The notes below the pieces were generated by a model that ran no database searches, was not told the origin of the DNA, and was given only the letters and a program-made list of their open reading frames with translations. Of a DNA stretch of 64,000 bases, positions 63,215 to 64,000 are shown one piece after another (position 1 is the first letter of the stretch; each line of letters opens with the position of its first letter). Origin of the DNA: Leucoraja ocellata. Its lineage: Eukaryota. A program made the position numbers and the translations under genes. The stretch covers positions 558,001-622,000 of the forward strand of contig JAWMAR010000447.1 in assembly GCA_036785375.1 (NCBI GenBank), written 5' to 3'.

Positions 63215-64000
63215 TCCGGTGGCGCTGTGAGACGTCCACCTCGCCCGCAGCGGGTTTGTTGTTTTGACTTTTTTTGTTTTTTTTTAGTATGTCCAAAAGT
63301 ATGTTTTAGTGTTTCTCTGTATGTCTTGTGTAGGGGGTGGTGAGAGGGGAAATAGGGGGAAACCGTTTTTCAGGCACCTAACCTCGAAGGAGATGCAACT
63401 TTCTTCCTTTTCGTTTCTTCAACCCCCTCCTCGCGGCTTTTACAGCTGGTTTGGTGCGGCCTTTCCCGGAGTCGGACCCAGAGCTTCAGCGGCTGCGCAG
63501 CAGGACTTTTAACATCATGGGCCCCCTTGCCTGAGAAGCACTCCGACCGCTGGCAGCGGGCCTACAACATCTTGGAGCCGCGGTCTGTGGAGCTTCTGGC
63601 GGCAGGCGCAGAGCAGACCTTCCATCGTGGAGCGGACGATCCCTCGCTGGGGGTCGCCGGAGAAGAGCTCCTACCGCCGGCCTGCGGCCGACAACATCTT
63701 GAAGCCGCGGAAATGTCTGATTTGGGAGCTCTGGGTGTGCTCGACCTGTCCTGACGTCGGCGTTCCAACCACCCCGACAAAAGGGCTTGAACATCGGGCC
63801 GTCCGTAACGGCGACTACGGAGGGTCTGGGACCATGAGTGAACAAGGGAGGAGGAGGAGGAGGAGGATGTTTCTTTGTGTGTTTTGTGTGGGGGGGGGGG
63901 GGGGGGGGTGAGGGGGAAACCGTTTTGGCCGCCTCCTCCATGGAGAGGTGACTTTTTCCAGGTCGCCTCCCCCGTGGCCTAACAACGAGGATCGGGCGGC
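63215..64000 (+). mobile_element. GC-rich non-coding retroelement, 5' part (runs off the window)
   Basis: ttagtatgt...gtatgttttagtgtt...G-run gaaaccg and gacttttaacatc motifs, shared with 42862-43502. Confidence 0.6.

Noticed and set aside
63215-63260. HDV-like ribozyme at the 5' end of the GC-rich element
   Set aside because: I could not build a consistent P1/P2/P3/P1.1 double pseudoknot by eye.

Overview
Vertebrate genomic DNA, very likely from an elasmobranch (skate/ray); this is inferred from HE1/V-SINE, HER1/CR1-type LINE and Penelope-derived repeats. The only host gene I can support is a complete two-exon TCF21 (capsulin/Pod1, bHLH, 183 aa) on the minus strand: CDS 4411-3950 plus 473-384, with a poly(A) signal at 10-15. 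The remaining ~59 kb is a repeat-rich upstream gene desert. It contains CR1 and Rex/Babar LINE fragments, V-SINEs, probable ancient LF-SINE- and Deu-SINE-like relics, Harbinger- and Tc1/mariner-type non-autonomous DNA elements, and unique islands that may be enhancers. Three things stand out. (1) A 1.85 kb TA-flanked TIR element (45909-47755) has captured rearranged fragments of a ZFP36-family tandem CCCH zinc-finger gene, a tRNA-Met-like sequence and long hairpins. (2) About 30 short, often fold-back and TSD-flanked repeats carry a minimal hammerhead-ribozyme core (CTGAAGA-stem-GAAACGTC) of the Penelope-like-element type. (3) A three-level nested insertion stack lies at 52.0-56.5 kb. Repeat boundaries are approximate unless TSDs or TIRs are quoted, and family names come from recalled motifs, not database searches.
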